A DNA stretch of 64,000 nucleotides from a virus. The notes below the pieces were generated by a model, which ran no database searches, was not told the origin of the DNA, and was given only the letters and a program-made list of their open reading frames with translations. Where the stretch lies: the IMG/VR virus record IMGVR_UViG_3300023174_000138, positions 1 through 64,000 of that record, one strand, 5' to 3'. Positions 48,228 to 58,361 of the stretch are shown here, one piece after another (position 1 is the first letter of the stretch; the number at the start of each line of letters is the position of its first letter). The position numbers and the translations under genes are program-made.

Positions 48228-51200
48228 ATGTATATAAACTATCTAACTGAAACTAATTTTTATGGTTTAAGTGCGAATTATGTATTTGACAATAATGTTG
48301 ATTTCGAAAATAAGAAAATTTATACTGACGGCAGATTAGCGCTAAACATTGCACCTATTTTTACAAATTTAAAAGATTTTAAAAAAAACAACTATACGTT
48401 AATATATCTAACAGATCAAGTAAATTTTTCTAAACTCACAAACTTTTATGTTCCACTACAAAATAAAAATATTACAGTAGGTAAAATAATTTGCAAACCT
48501 AATAATAATATAAAATTTTTAAAATTTGACTCTGTAATAGACGAATTTGAATTTTTAGCTTTTAATTACGATCAAAGTTTTAATTCAGTGCAAATAGAGG
48601 AACCTTTAAATGTATTTCACTTTATACAAAAATCCCCTGTACAGTGTAACATTATGTATTACTACAAAGATACTGAATATTATTTAAATTTTAATCCCGT
48701 AACATTAAATTTAAATTTTACAACTCTTTCTGCATTCAACGATCTTAAAGAATATACTCGTAATTTTTACTATACATACAATGAGGAAAACAAAGTATTT
48801 ACTTTACAATGTAGAATTCAAGGAAAAGCATACAGAGTTGTATATAATTTTTCTACTAACCGGTTAGCATTAAGCACATTAACAGACATTTCACTTAATG
48901 ATAGCAGGTGCATATTTTATCTATCCGGATCAAAAAACTTTTTTTCACCAGAAATAACTATTGACTGGGGAAGTTATGATAAAAAATTTAATCAAAATGA
49001 TTTATCAATAAATAGTACAAGAAGCTTTTTCGACACAAAGACAAACTTTTTGCTGCACGCTCAGTATATTAAATCTGAACAAAACTATTTGCCTTGTGAT
49101 ATTTTAACTTTAAAAACACAGCTTAATTTAGCTAACATATCTACTAGAGGGAATCCCTTCCCTGGTGAAGATGCGGTTATAAACCGCAATTACGCTACAA
49201 TATTTAGTGGGGGTAGACAAGAGCAAGGACATGAGAAATTGCATCTACAATATCAAACTTACACATACCCGTATAAGTTTTTGCCAGGCAAAACAACATG
49301 GTTTCATACACCACAATCAATGTGGCCATATCAACGATTAAACATTAACAACACTACTCTAATTGATGCAGGTGCTGTGGGCGGCGACCACCCTTTAAGA
49401 AGTGATAAGGTCTTTAAGAAGCTTGGAAACTATAAAAGTACTGCAAACTTTGGCAACAGTACTAGCGAGCAAACCGGGCAATGGCTATGTGCATGGCTAT
49501 CAGCAGGTCCAGATATTAATACAAAACCTATTTGGGTAGATAGGTACTATAATCCTACTAAATTGACCCCATTTCAAGCACTATCTGCAACACCAGGTTC
49601 AATTAGCTATATACCTTCGTATGAATGTTATATGACTACCGGAATTTATGATGTAGAATCCAGCCTTACATTTGAACCGGGTAATCTTTATGCATATACG
49701 CACCTAGGTAAAGTAGACGCTTTGCAAAATATTAATTCTTTTTCTATACATCAAAAACAAAAAAACTTCACCAAATTTTATCGTTTAGACGGTAAGGTAT
49801 TACAACCGGTAGTTGTAGATAATATTACTAGCTATGAATTCACAGGAAACAATTACAGCACTGTAGATGTTTCAACATTTAATACAAAGTTAAATACATT
49901 TACAATAAGCTTCTGGGCTTCACGGGATGACTGGTCACAGCCTTGTGGTTTTCAGTTAGCAGGAAATTTTACCGACTATGGTTTAGGTATTTTTCAATAT
50001 GAGAATGTTTCGCCTTTACTAATGTTTATTGTTACCAAAAATAATAAAGGCTCGGTTTACGCTTATAATGAAAATTTAGACTTGGTTAATATATACAATG
50101 TATCTAATACAGGAAGTAATATCATTGATGGTGTTTGTAGGCGGGACCCTCTCAATTCATTTCACATATTTACAAGTCTATCTGGAATAAGTGAATTGAA
50201 CTTGCAAGAAGCTATTATTGACTCCGCGTCAATGCCTGGGAGAGTGAGGAAGGTTTTTAATAATTCTACTCACGCCTATTTTACTTTAAATAACACAGTA
50301 TCGGTGGGTAAATTAGATTTATTGACTAATGACGTTGCTTTGACCTCAGTTGGTCTTAATAACTATATAAATTTACGACCACCGGCGGCCGCCTTACAGA
50401 GTATTTTTGGCACTCAAACGCTCGATACAAGAATTATTTACGCAAACAACACTTTATATGCGCTATCTACATTCAATGCAACAGAACCGCGATTTCGAAA
50501 CGGTATAATTTATTATTTAGATAATGTTTATGGTAAAGGTGGTACCCTTTTTTCCTGGGATGTTCTCTCTACAACTAAAACCTTTAGTGCTGTTCTCGCC
50601 CAAGATAGATACTATAACTGCTTTAATATAGATAAAACAAATAATATCTGGTGCGCTAGCGGCGGAGAGATTCACAAATACGGTCAATATGGACTATTAC
50701 AACAAATTACTTCCCTTGCACCATTGCTAAGCAGTACTATTCAAGGATTAAAAATTTTTAATATTTCTTTTGCGGATAATTTTATCGATGGCGCTTTAAA
50801 GCAAAATTTGTTTGTCTCTTGTTCTGGTAATACTGCAAAAACCTTATATGTAGTTAAACTAGATTCAGACGGGACGTTTGAAAAAATAATTAATATAAAT
50901 ACAGACAGCTATACAGAAATAGACTGTAGCAATGACAATTTTTATTATTCCAAAATTAATTTAGATGATAAAAATAATTATTCCTTTAAGGTGAGATTGT
51001 ATAATCAATTTAATACAGAAGATTCAATCATACTAAACCTACCTATAGACCATAGCGATCTAAACGCGGGTTACCATCATTTTTCTATAACTCTAGATAC
51101 ACTCAACGGGGCTGCCAAACTATACGTTGATGGTGAAGAATATACCTCAACAACATTCAGTAGCGGAAAATATGCATTTACTCCTCTTCTATTAGATAAT

Positions 51201-51686
51201 CTTACTGTGGGAGCTACCCCTTTCTACAACGGTGCTACATTCAATAGTTTTTTAAATATAAACGGCTCTTCTCTTTATTATACAGTAAAAGATCTAAAAG
51301 TTGAAAATTTTTATTGGTTCAACACTATATTAAATTATTTTGATATTTCTATGTTATATAAAGAAAAAATAGAACCAAATTCTTTAGTATGGGATATACC
51401 ATGCGGTAGAAGACATTACAACGAAACTATAGCAAGATACTTTAAAAACAGGATACCTGGCGCAAAAAGTTCATATTTTAATGTAAGTGTAAATACAAGT
51501 ACACTCGATGCCGCGTGTAGAGATGCACTAGAACCAAAGATTATAGAAACAATCGGCGGTGTGATACCAGCATATGCAAAATTAAATAAATTTATGTGGG
51601 TTACTAATCTACCTTCGCTTAGTGCAACGGATATACAGCCTTATTACCCCGGAAATACACTAACAAATTCAGGACTCACGCGATGA
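48228..51686 (+). CDS. Large virion protein with split LamG/concanavalin-like domain
   Basis: FTISFW ... YHHFSIT.D.....KLYVDG ... LTVGA; TAAATA 4 nt upstream. Confidence 0.7.
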   Translation: MYINYLTETNFYGLSANYVFDNNVDFENKKIYTDGRLALNIAPIFTNLKDFKKNNYTLIYLTDQVNFSKLTNFYVPLQNKNITVGKIICKPNNNIKFLKFDSVIDEFEFLAFNYDQSFNSVQIEEPLNVFHFIQKSPVQCNIMYYYKDTEYYLNFNPVTLNLNFTTLSAFNDLKEYTRNFYYTYNEENKVFTLQCRIQGKAYRVVYNFSTNRLALSTLTDISLNDSRCIFYLSGSKNFFSPEITIDWGSYDKKFNQNDLSINSTRSFFDTKTNFLLHAQYIKSEQNYLPCDILTLKTQLNLANISTRGNPFPGEDAVINRNYATIFSGGRQEQGHEKLHLQYQTYTYPYKFLPGKTTWFHTPQSMWPYQRLNINNTTLIDAGAVGGDHPLRSDKVFKKLGNYKSTANFGNSTSEQTGQWLCAWLSAGPDINTKPIWVDRYYNPTKLTPFQALSATPGSISYIPSYECYMTTGIYDVESSLTFEPGNLYAYTHLGKVDALQNINSFSIHQKQKNFTKFYRLDGKVLQPVVVDNITSYEFTGNNYSTVDVSTFNTKLNTFTISFWASRDDWSQPCGFQLAGNFTDYGLGIFQYENVSPLLMFIVTKNNKGSVYAYNENLDLVNIYNVSNTGSNIIDGVCRRDPLNSFHIFTSLSGISELNLQEAIIDSASMPGRVRKVFNNSTHAYFTLNNTVSVGKLDLLTNDVALTSVGLNNYINLRPPAAALQSIFGTQTLDTRIIYANNTLYALSTFNATEPRFRNGIIYYLDNVYGKGGTLFSWDVLSTTKTFSAVLAQDRYYNCFNIDKTNNIWCASGGEIHKYGQYGLLQQITSLAPLLSSTIQGLKIFNISFADNFIDGALKQNLFVSCSGNTAKTLYVVKLDSDGTFEKIININTDSYTEIDCSNDNFYYSKINLDDKNNYSFKVRLYNQFNTEDSIILNLPIDHSDLNAGYHHFSITLDTLNGAAKLYVDGEEYTSTTFSSGKYAFTPLLLDNLTVGATPFYNGATFNSFLNINGSSLYYTVKDLKVENFYWFNTILNYFDISMLYKEKIEPNSLVWDIPCGRRHYNETIARYFKNRIPGAKSSYFNVSVNTSTLDAACRDALEPKIIETIGGVIPAYAKLNKFMWVTNLPSLSATDIQPYYPGNTLTNSGLTR

Positions 51687-53431
51687 AATCAATAGCAAAA
51701 GAATTTTTTGATCACGGGCTAAATTATGACAGGCTACCTTCAGATATTTTTTCTCTGCCTAATCAACTTGAAGATATAAAAATTCAACCTAATGATTTAG
51801 CAGTTGCTAGTGTGTTTAATCAAAAAATAAAAAAACTTTATGATAACTTTTTATACCTTTATGGAATATGTTTTATTTCAAGCTTTAATATTAATAAAAA
51901 ATACAGAGGTTGGTTCGACGAAATAAATGGATTTATACCTGAAAATTACAACGATTTTTGGTTGACAGCAACCACCGGAAAGACCCCGGCGTTAAGTGCT
52001 AGCACGAAAGCTGTAGCATTTCGTGATTCTAGGGCACCAAATATTATTAATACGGTATTTACCAGCAATAGCGCTGTAGGTATTTTAACTATAGAAAAAA
52101 TTATTGAAGATATAGAATACATAAATTTACCTTTGCAATTAATCTTAACAAGTGGTCTTACCCCAGGTACATCTGAATATACTAACGTTATAAACAATAT
52201 TGAAAAACAAAGAAATTATATAAACAGCTATAGAGGCGCGGTCAAATTCACTCAAACCAGTATAGACCCATTATCAGGGTCTATAAATTTTCAAAATATT
52301 GGCGGTATTGCACAAATTAATAACGAGCTACTTTACATGACGGATTCTATATTTGATAATGTATATTCATATAATTTAAAGGATGCTGCAGGAAACGATA
52401 ATATTAAGAAAAATATTTTATTTCAACTTAATATCGTAGGAGGTGAAGGCAGTATACAAGAAAAAATTAAATTTAATACCCCCACGCTGACAGTTAATGT
52501 AGACGATAATATATTAATTATTGATCAGGCTAACAGCTGTTTCAAAATTTTCGATAAAAATCTTAATTGGGTGTCTACTTCTACGCAATCGGTATTTTTC
52601 AAGCAGTACCCTAAGCAAAATGCGGCTATTTTCTACAGCGCGCAGCGCATTCTGGTAATTGCTACAGATACAGATCTTCATTTATTTTCCGTTAGCACTG
52701 CTTTTGATATTAGTTATATCAAGAGTATAAGCGTGTATACAGAGACGTTAGCTGTAAATAAAATTATTGATATTAAATTTGCAAACTATGATTCTGACGT
52801 ACTTTACATTCTTACAAATAAAAGCATAATTAAAAAATGGATGTCTAAGTTAGAAAAAAATATAGCGGCCTTTAACATTGATGGCCCGGGCTCGTTAGAT
52901 CTGAATCTGGGCTCTTTCTACTGGCTTACGCTTTCACCGCTGGACAGTACAACAGATATTCTATTAGTCAGGGCAGGAAAGGAGAATACGAACTCATTTA
53001 TATTAATTTTTGAGGACGATTTAAATCTTGTTTCTCTACTTAAGCAGCAAGATTTTAATGTATATTCAAAAAATGAAATATGCTTAAATGATCAAGAGTA
53101 TGTATCATCATGGACATACAACAAATCTTTTAAAAAGCTGTTATATAATTTAAATCTATTAACTTCCAACCTCGTGTTTAGGTTTTATACAAAAGAAAAA
53201 GAGGCAACCGGGACAACAGAATTTATCTTAAAAACTTACAATAATATAATAAACGAAAAAACCATACAAGACACTAATACCTATGCAAATATCTTTATTA
53301 ATGAAAATTTTCAGTCCGAGACTGTTAATAGGTGCTTCTCTTTACTGTTTGACTATCAAAATTACATACTCAACACACTATCAAACAATGACCCTATAAA
53401 TGTGGATTTAACACCTCACAGAGTCGTGTAA
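51683..53431 (+). CDS. Virion protein with beta-propeller (NHL-like)
   Basis: GGEG...KFNTP, ILIIDQANSCFKIFD. Confidence 0.65.
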   Translation: MKSIAKEFFDHGLNYDRLPSDIFSLPNQLEDIKIQPNDLAVASVFNQKIKKLYDNFLYLYGICFISSFNINKKYRGWFDEINGFIPENYNDFWLTATTGKTPALSASTKAVAFRDSRAPNIINTVFTSNSAVGILTIEKIIEDIEYINLPLQLILTSGLTPGTSEYTNVINNIEKQRNYINSYRGAVKFTQTSIDPLSGSINFQNIGGIAQINNELLYMTDSIFDNVYSYNLKDAAGNDNIKKNILFQLNIVGGEGSIQEKIKFNTPTLTVNVDDNILIIDQANSCFKIFDKNLNWVSTSTQSVFFKQYPKQNAAIFYSAQRILVIATDTDLHLFSVSTAFDISYIKSISVYTETLAVNKIIDIKFANYDSDVLYILTNKSIIKKWMSKLEKNIAAFNIDGPGSLDLNLGSFYWLTLSPLDSTTDILLVRAGKENTNSFILIFEDDLNLVSLLKQQDFNVYSKNEICLNDQEYVSSWTYNKSFKKLLYNLNLLTSNLVFRFYTKEKEATGTTEFILKTYNNIINEKTIQDTNTYANIFINENFQSETVNRCFSLLFDYQNYILNTLSNNDPINVDLTPHRVV

Positions 53432-53468
53432 AACACATTGTTTTTGAATAACTATATATAGGAGTATT

Positions 53469-54224
53469 ATGGCCGGATCATACGTTTTTCATAATAAATT
53501 ACACCGAGCTAGTCATCATACGCTATCAGGTACTGGTCTTCCGGATGCTGGTTTAGATCCAATAGCCTCTATAGATCAACCGTTTATAGGTATTTTTTAT
53601 AATGTTTTACCTGACGTAAACGGTGCCCTTTCAATAAAAACCAGTAGTTTAGATTGGTGGTCGACTTGGACTACAGTAAATAATCTTTCTAGCATTTGGG
53701 CTCCGACACAAAGTATCTATGTTACTTTGACAGGTTTATCTGCTGATTGGTCGTTAGGTTTTAGTGCTTATACATCGCTTTCATCAAATAGTGCAAAATA
53801 TGAAAGTGCATATACAACAGTAAAAACATATAGCGCTGATTGGAGTGCGCCGTATAAAATGTTTACTAATATTGTACAGGAATATACAGCTGCAAAAACA
53901 TTTGCTGGAACCACTATTAGCTTTGATCCCATACTTAATACAGCGACGTGGGATGTTGCGCTCAATCAAATTACGTTTTTAAATTTAAGTGATAATATTA
54001 CTTTTAACCCTGTTGTAAGCGCTAAACGAGGCGGGGTATATGTTTTAACTGTAATTCAAGATAGTGTCGGCGGTCATGATATAGCATTTGACCCTAGTTT
54101 TAGATTTAACAGCACTTTGAATATAACTGGTGTTATTGCGACTGATCCTAATAGTCGAACCGTTATAACTTTTATTTATGACGGAAATATAATGTACGGT
54201 CATAGAGCGTTTTACTATCCATGA
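53469..54224 (+). CDS. Short fibre-like virion protein
   Basis: His-rich N-terminus, 14-residue S-A-x-W repeats, C-terminal GG.Y.L.VIQD..GG fibre-tip-like domain; AGGAG SD. Confidence 0.65.
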   Translation: MAGSYVFHNKLHRASHHTLSGTGLPDAGLDPIASIDQPFIGIFYNVLPDVNGALSIKTSSLDWWSTWTTVNNLSSIWAPTQSIYVTLTGLSADWSLGFSAYTSLSSNSAKYESAYTTVKTYSADWSAPYKMFTNIVQEYTAAKTFAGTTISFDPILNTATWDVALNQITFLNLSDNITFNPVVSAKRGGVYVLTVIQDSVGGHDIAFDPSFRFNSTLNITGVIATDPNSRTVITFIYDGNIMYGHRAFYYP

Positions 54225-56206
54225 GCAATTTTTTGTATCATAGCAAATACCACAGGACCAATCATCACACTCTACCTACACCTGGTTTACCAGATAGTGC
54301 AATAGATCCCATAGCGTCAGAAGCTGAACCATTTGTAGGGCCGTTTTATACATTTTTTATCGCCGATCAAGGTACAGTTCCATTAAACGTAAAATATATT
54401 TTAACTTATAACACCGATTACGTTACAACGTTTTCTAATCTTTCCGTAGCTACATTAGATAGTACATATTTAACATTAACAGCAAACGCCGTCACAAATA
54501 GCTATGATTGGTACCGGACTAGAACAAACATTCTCACATTGAGTACAGGCTATAGTCTGTACCCTTATCTTACCGGTACTGTTATATCATTAAGTGGTAG
54601 TTGGAATCTCGGATTTAGCAGTTATACGACACTCTGTGCTAATAGTGGATTTTACGAATCTACTCGCACAACAGTTTTTATTAATAGCGCGGGCTGGCCA
54701 TTTATTGATACAACATTAAGATTAAACATACCGCAGCAAAATACAAAAAGTAAAAATTTTTCCTTACAGACAATTATTCCTAGTGATGCTGATATTTATT
54801 GGGATATAAACCTGCAACAGGTTGGCTTCGTACCATTGACACGGAATTCATTATTAAAAAATATTAATCCTTCTGATAAAAAGCGTGGTGGAGAATATTA
54901 TCTTATAATACAGCAAGACGGCTATGGTGAAAAAAAGTTAGATTTTGAAAGTGATTTTTCTCTACTAGCTTCTGAAATTGCACCGCAAATAAGTGAACAG
55001 CTAGTAGAGTTTTCAACTAATGAAATATGGACATCGGTTTACTATGGCAGCGGTTCGTGGATTGCTGTGCCATATAATTCTAATAGGGCTTCACGTTCAG
55101 ATGATGGCGGTGTTTCATGGTACGGTCTACCCTTGCCGGGTGTAAAAAATTGGAGATCAATTGTTTACGGTGCAAGTGCCTGGGTTACTATAGCTGACTC
55201 TTTTACAGGTGCAGCTGTTTCATATGATTATGGTACAACCTGGGAATATAAAGATTTACTCGCAGCAAGAAAATGGACTAGTATAGGTTATAATAATAAC
55301 ACTTTTATAGCTGTAGCCTCAGCATCTAATAAAGGTGTTAGATCTGTAGACAGGGGTGTCACATGGGTTGAATTTGCTTTACCTTTTACGGCAGATTGGG
55401 CTTCAGTAAAATATGGCGACGGTAAGTGGATATCGGTTGCTGGAGGTGGCGTTGAAGGTAGTAACCCTACTAATCAGGGTGCAATTTCTTTAGATGACGG
55501 TCAAACGTGGGATGCATTTAATCTACCCTCTACTAGATTGTGGTCTGATATTGCATATGGTGAAGACTATTGGGTAGCAGTAGCTAAAAACTCTACATTT
55601 ATTGCATTGTCTTCACCGCTTGAGGGTAATGGTCAATGGTTTGACTATTACATGCCTGGTAGCCCAGGTCAAGGATTTTCCTCTGTTACATTCGGTAATG
55701 AAACTTTTGTTGCAGCAAGTTTAAACCCGACGCGGGCTATATATACATCTGTTGATGGTAAAATTTGGAAATATAAAAATACTGTTTCTAAGATAATTTA
55801 TAATGTAAATTATGGCGGTACGACATACGGAGGCAACTTTATGATGGTCGGTAAGGACGGAGATGGTACAGTCACGTACAGTAATTATAAGATTGCTGCT
55901 TTTGACGCACCAGATTTATCTAGTACTATTAGTGTATTAACTGCAGCATATGGTGTCACTGTTATAAAATTTGTATGTGACGGGTATAGATACTACGGTA
56001 TTCCAAGTGTCTATTACGTTTCCCGAGGATCAGTTTGGACATATTTCGCCGGACCAGGTATTACACTTATTCCGAATCCGACTGATTTATTAAATGGCGA
56101 GGGTATGCTACCAGATGGAGGATTAACAGTTGCAGGTGCTGTAGTCGTAGATGAAGGTTTTACAGGCATTGAAGGTATTTCAGTTCTATCGGGTATGCCT
56201 GTATAA
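54221..56206 (+). CDS. Fibre-like virion protein, paralog of the upstream gene with a BNR/Asp-box propeller insertion
   Basis: Same N-terminal H.K.HR..HHTL...LPD...DPIAS; repeats W.SV.YG...WIAV and S.D.G.TW. Confidence 0.75.
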   Translation: MSNFLYHSKYHRTNHHTLPTPGLPDSAIDPIASEAEPFVGPFYTFFIADQGTVPLNVKYILTYNTDYVTTFSNLSVATLDSTYLTLTANAVTNSYDWYRTRTNILTLSTGYSLYPYLTGTVISLSGSWNLGFSSYTTLCANSGFYESTRTTVFINSAGWPFIDTTLRLNIPQQNTKSKNFSLQTIIPSDADIYWDINLQQVGFVPLTRNSLLKNINPSDKKRGGEYYLIIQQDGYGEKKLDFESDFSLLASEIAPQISEQLVEFSTNEIWTSVYYGSGSWIAVPYNSNRASRSDDGGVSWYGLPLPGVKNWRSIVYGASAWVTIADSFTGAAVSYDYGTTWEYKDLLAARKWTSIGYNNNTFIAVASASNKGVRSVDRGVTWVEFALPFTADWASVKYGDGKWISVAGGGVEGSNPTNQGAISLDDGQTWDAFNLPSTRLWSDIAYGEDYWVAVAKNSTFIALSSPLEGNGQWFDYYMPGSPGQGFSSVTFGNETFVAASLNPTRAIYTSVDGKIWKYKNTVSKIIYNVNYGGTTYGGNFMMVGKDGDGTVTYSNYKIAAFDAPDLSSTISVLTAAYGVTVIKFVCDGYRYYGIPSVYYVSRGSVWTYFAGPGITLIPNPTDLLNGEGMLPDGGLTVAGAVVVDEGFTGIEGISVLSGMPV

Positions 56207-56216
56207 TAAATAATAT

Positions 56217-57203
56217 ATGAACTGTAGCACTGTCGAACCTGTTAGCGCATTTTATAGTACAAACTTACAATCTAAGATTCAGAGTTATGAACGCTTAGGT
56301 GAAAGAATTTGCCGCGCGTTAGGGGCCCCGTTAATTAATTTAGAAATTCATGCAGATCAACTTAATGAATTTATAAGCATTGCCTGTGAGATGTTTACTA
56401 AGTACGCGGGCTATACGCAAGAATATCTTGTATTTGATAGTTCATTATATGAACCTGGTAAGGGTCTTAGACTAGACGTACTTTTTAGTTTAACAAAAGA
56501 TTTTAACTTTAGGGCAAAATTTAAAAATGTATCTAGTGATATTAAATCTCTTTACAACATAGGACGCATGGTTATAGGTGATGCAACAAGCCCTTATCTC
56601 TACCAGGTTTTTGATAATAGTCGCCCTAATGAATTAGAGCTTTTAAACAGCTATGATTATCTTATCGACGATTATAGAAGGGTTGTCGATGTACTAGATT
56701 TTGAGGAGGGCAGCACAACCGGGGTCAATACTTTATTCACAATTGAGCAAAGCCTTGCACAGCAAACATATTTTAGTTATTCGTTGGGTAATTACGGCTT
56801 TGATTTAGTTAGTTGGTATGTCCTAAAGCAGTGGCTTGATACGAGAGAAAAAGTATTAGCACTGAGGAGAGATACCAGGTTTGATCAGCGCACACAATAC
56901 TTACAATTGTTTCCTGAGCCTAGAGATACAAGATTTTGGGGAATTGTAACGTGTTACGTCGAAAGATCATTGACCGATATTATTAAAGAGCAATGGGTTT
57001 ATCAATACGCTCTTGCCCTTACAAAAATTGCAATCGGGACAATTAGAGGTAAGTACCAAAATACACAATTGTTTGGCGGGGGTACAATTAATGCTGCAAT
57101 ACTTGAAGATGGTAAAGCAGAAAAAATTGAACTTGAAAAAAAGCTGTATGAAAGTGCGCCAGGACTTGGTGATGCAGCGCCGCCCGACTTTTTTGTAGGG
57201 TAA
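56217..57203 (+). CDS. gp13: Neck protein (gp13-like)
   Basis: RALGAPLINLEI..DQL, WV.QYALALTK...G.IRGKY....L.GG..IN, PPDFFVG. Confidence 0.9.
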   Translation: MNCSTVEPVSAFYSTNLQSKIQSYERLGERICRALGAPLINLEIHADQLNEFISIACEMFTKYAGYTQEYLVFDSSLYEPGKGLRLDVLFSLTKDFNFRAKFKNVSSDIKSLYNIGRMVIGDATSPYLYQVFDNSRPNELELLNSYDYLIDDYRRVVDVLDFEEGSTTGVNTLFTIEQSLAQQTYFSYSLGNYGFDLVSWYVLKQWLDTREKVLALRRDTRFDQRTQYLQLFPEPRDTRFWGIVTCYVERSLTDIIKEQWVYQYALALTKIAIGTIRGKYQNTQLFGGGTINAAILEDGKAEKIELEKKLYESAPGLGDAAPPDFFVG

Positions 57204-57207
57204 CAAT

Positions 57208-57663
57208 TTGAAACTTACTATTAAAAATAATAAATTTGTGCAAGGTATTTTTAAACCAATGCACATGGAAAAATATAAGGGCCATGATTTACCTAGGTAC
57301 CTAAGTAGTTGGGAGTTGAAATTGTTTCGTTGGTGTGATACAAACCCTAATGTTCTAGAATGGGGTAGTGAAAGTATAGTCATACCTTATGAAAGCCCTA
57401 TTGACGGAAAGGTTCACAGGTATATTGTCGATGCAGTTGTAAAACTCAAGACATCGGAGGGGTTGAAAAAATATTTGATTGAGGTTAAGCCATATAAACA
57501 GACTATAGAGCCGCAAAATACCCCGGGCAAACAGAAGAAAACACTAGTTTACGAGCAATTAACGTTTCTGCAAAATAAAGCTAAATGGCAAGCCGCTAAA
57601 CACTTTGCTCAAAAACATGGCTTTGAATTCACAATTCTTACTGAAAAAGAGCTTAGAAAATAG
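57208..57663 (+). CDS. gp4: Head completion nuclease (gp4, TnsA-like)
   Basis: G.FKP...EKYKG, SSWE..F..WCD.NP.V.EWGSE, HRY..D, IEVKP, NKAKW.AA, F.ILTE. Confidence 0.92.
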   Translation: MKLTIKNNKFVQGIFKPMHMEKYKGHDLPRYLSSWELKLFRWCDTNPNVLEWGSESIVIPYESPIDGKVHRYIVDAVVKLKTSEGLKKYLIEVKPYKQTIEPQNTPGKQKKTLVYEQLTFLQNKAKWQAAKHFAQKHGFEFTILTEKELRK

Positions 57664-57686
57664 TAAAATAAACAATAAATAATATT

Positions 57687-58361
57687 ATGGCCTTACGTCT
57701 TTTAATAGAAACACCTGCACCAGATGATCAATACGAATACGTAATTGAAGAAAAAAGCGGTAATCAGCCCAGCACAATGTATATTAAGGGCCCCTATATG
57801 CAGTGTGAAGAGGTTAACAAAAATAAGAGAATATATGATTCTAGTGAGATGGATAAAGAAGTTAACCGTTATATTTCTGAAATGGTCAAAACAAATAGAT
57901 CAATGGGTGAATTAAATCATCCCACAGCTGCTGAGGTAAATCTTGAGCGTGCATGTCATTTAGTTACAGAGTTAAATCGCAGCGGAAATGTTTATTATGG
58001 TAAGTCGAAGGTGTTAACGACTCCTATGGGTCAAATTGTTAGAAGCCTCGTTAACGACGGTGTACGGGTTGGTATGAGTTCTCGTGCATTAGGAAAGCTT
58101 GAGGAATGTGGCAATGGCGTTAATAGAGTAAAAGAGTTTAGACTTGTTGCTGTAGACTGTGTTGCTGATCCTAGTTTTCCAAAAGCTTTTGTAAACGGTA
58201 TTCTTGAATCTAAACAATTTGTAGTAACACAAGATGGTAGGTTTGAAGAATTTTACGATGGCTTTTCTGGCACTTTAAAAAATCTTCCTAGAAAAGATGT
58301 TGAAGGTTATCTCAAGGAACAAATTTTAGAATTTTTTAATAAAATTAGTAAAGTACTATGA
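57687..58361 (+). CDS. gp21: Prohead protease (gp21)
   Basis: YIKGP, N.N.RIY, GELNHP, GMSSRALG, D.VADPS...AFVNGILE. Confidence 0.96.
   Translation: MALRLLIETPAPDDQYEYVIEEKSGNQPSTMYIKGPYMQCEEVNKNKRIYDSSEMDKEVNRYISEMVKTNRSMGELNHPTAAEVNLERACHLVTELNRSGNVYYGKSKVLTTPMGQIVRSLVNDGVRVGMSSRALGKLEECGNGVNRVKEFRLVAVDCVADPSFPKAFVNGILESKQFVVTQDGRFEEFYDGFSGTLKNLPRKDVEGYLKEQILEFFNKISKVL

Noticed and set aside
57208-57663. TnsA-like endonuclease as a transposon gene
   Set aside because: Sequence and context match the T4 gp4 head-completion protein; there are no other transposition genes or terminal repeats.
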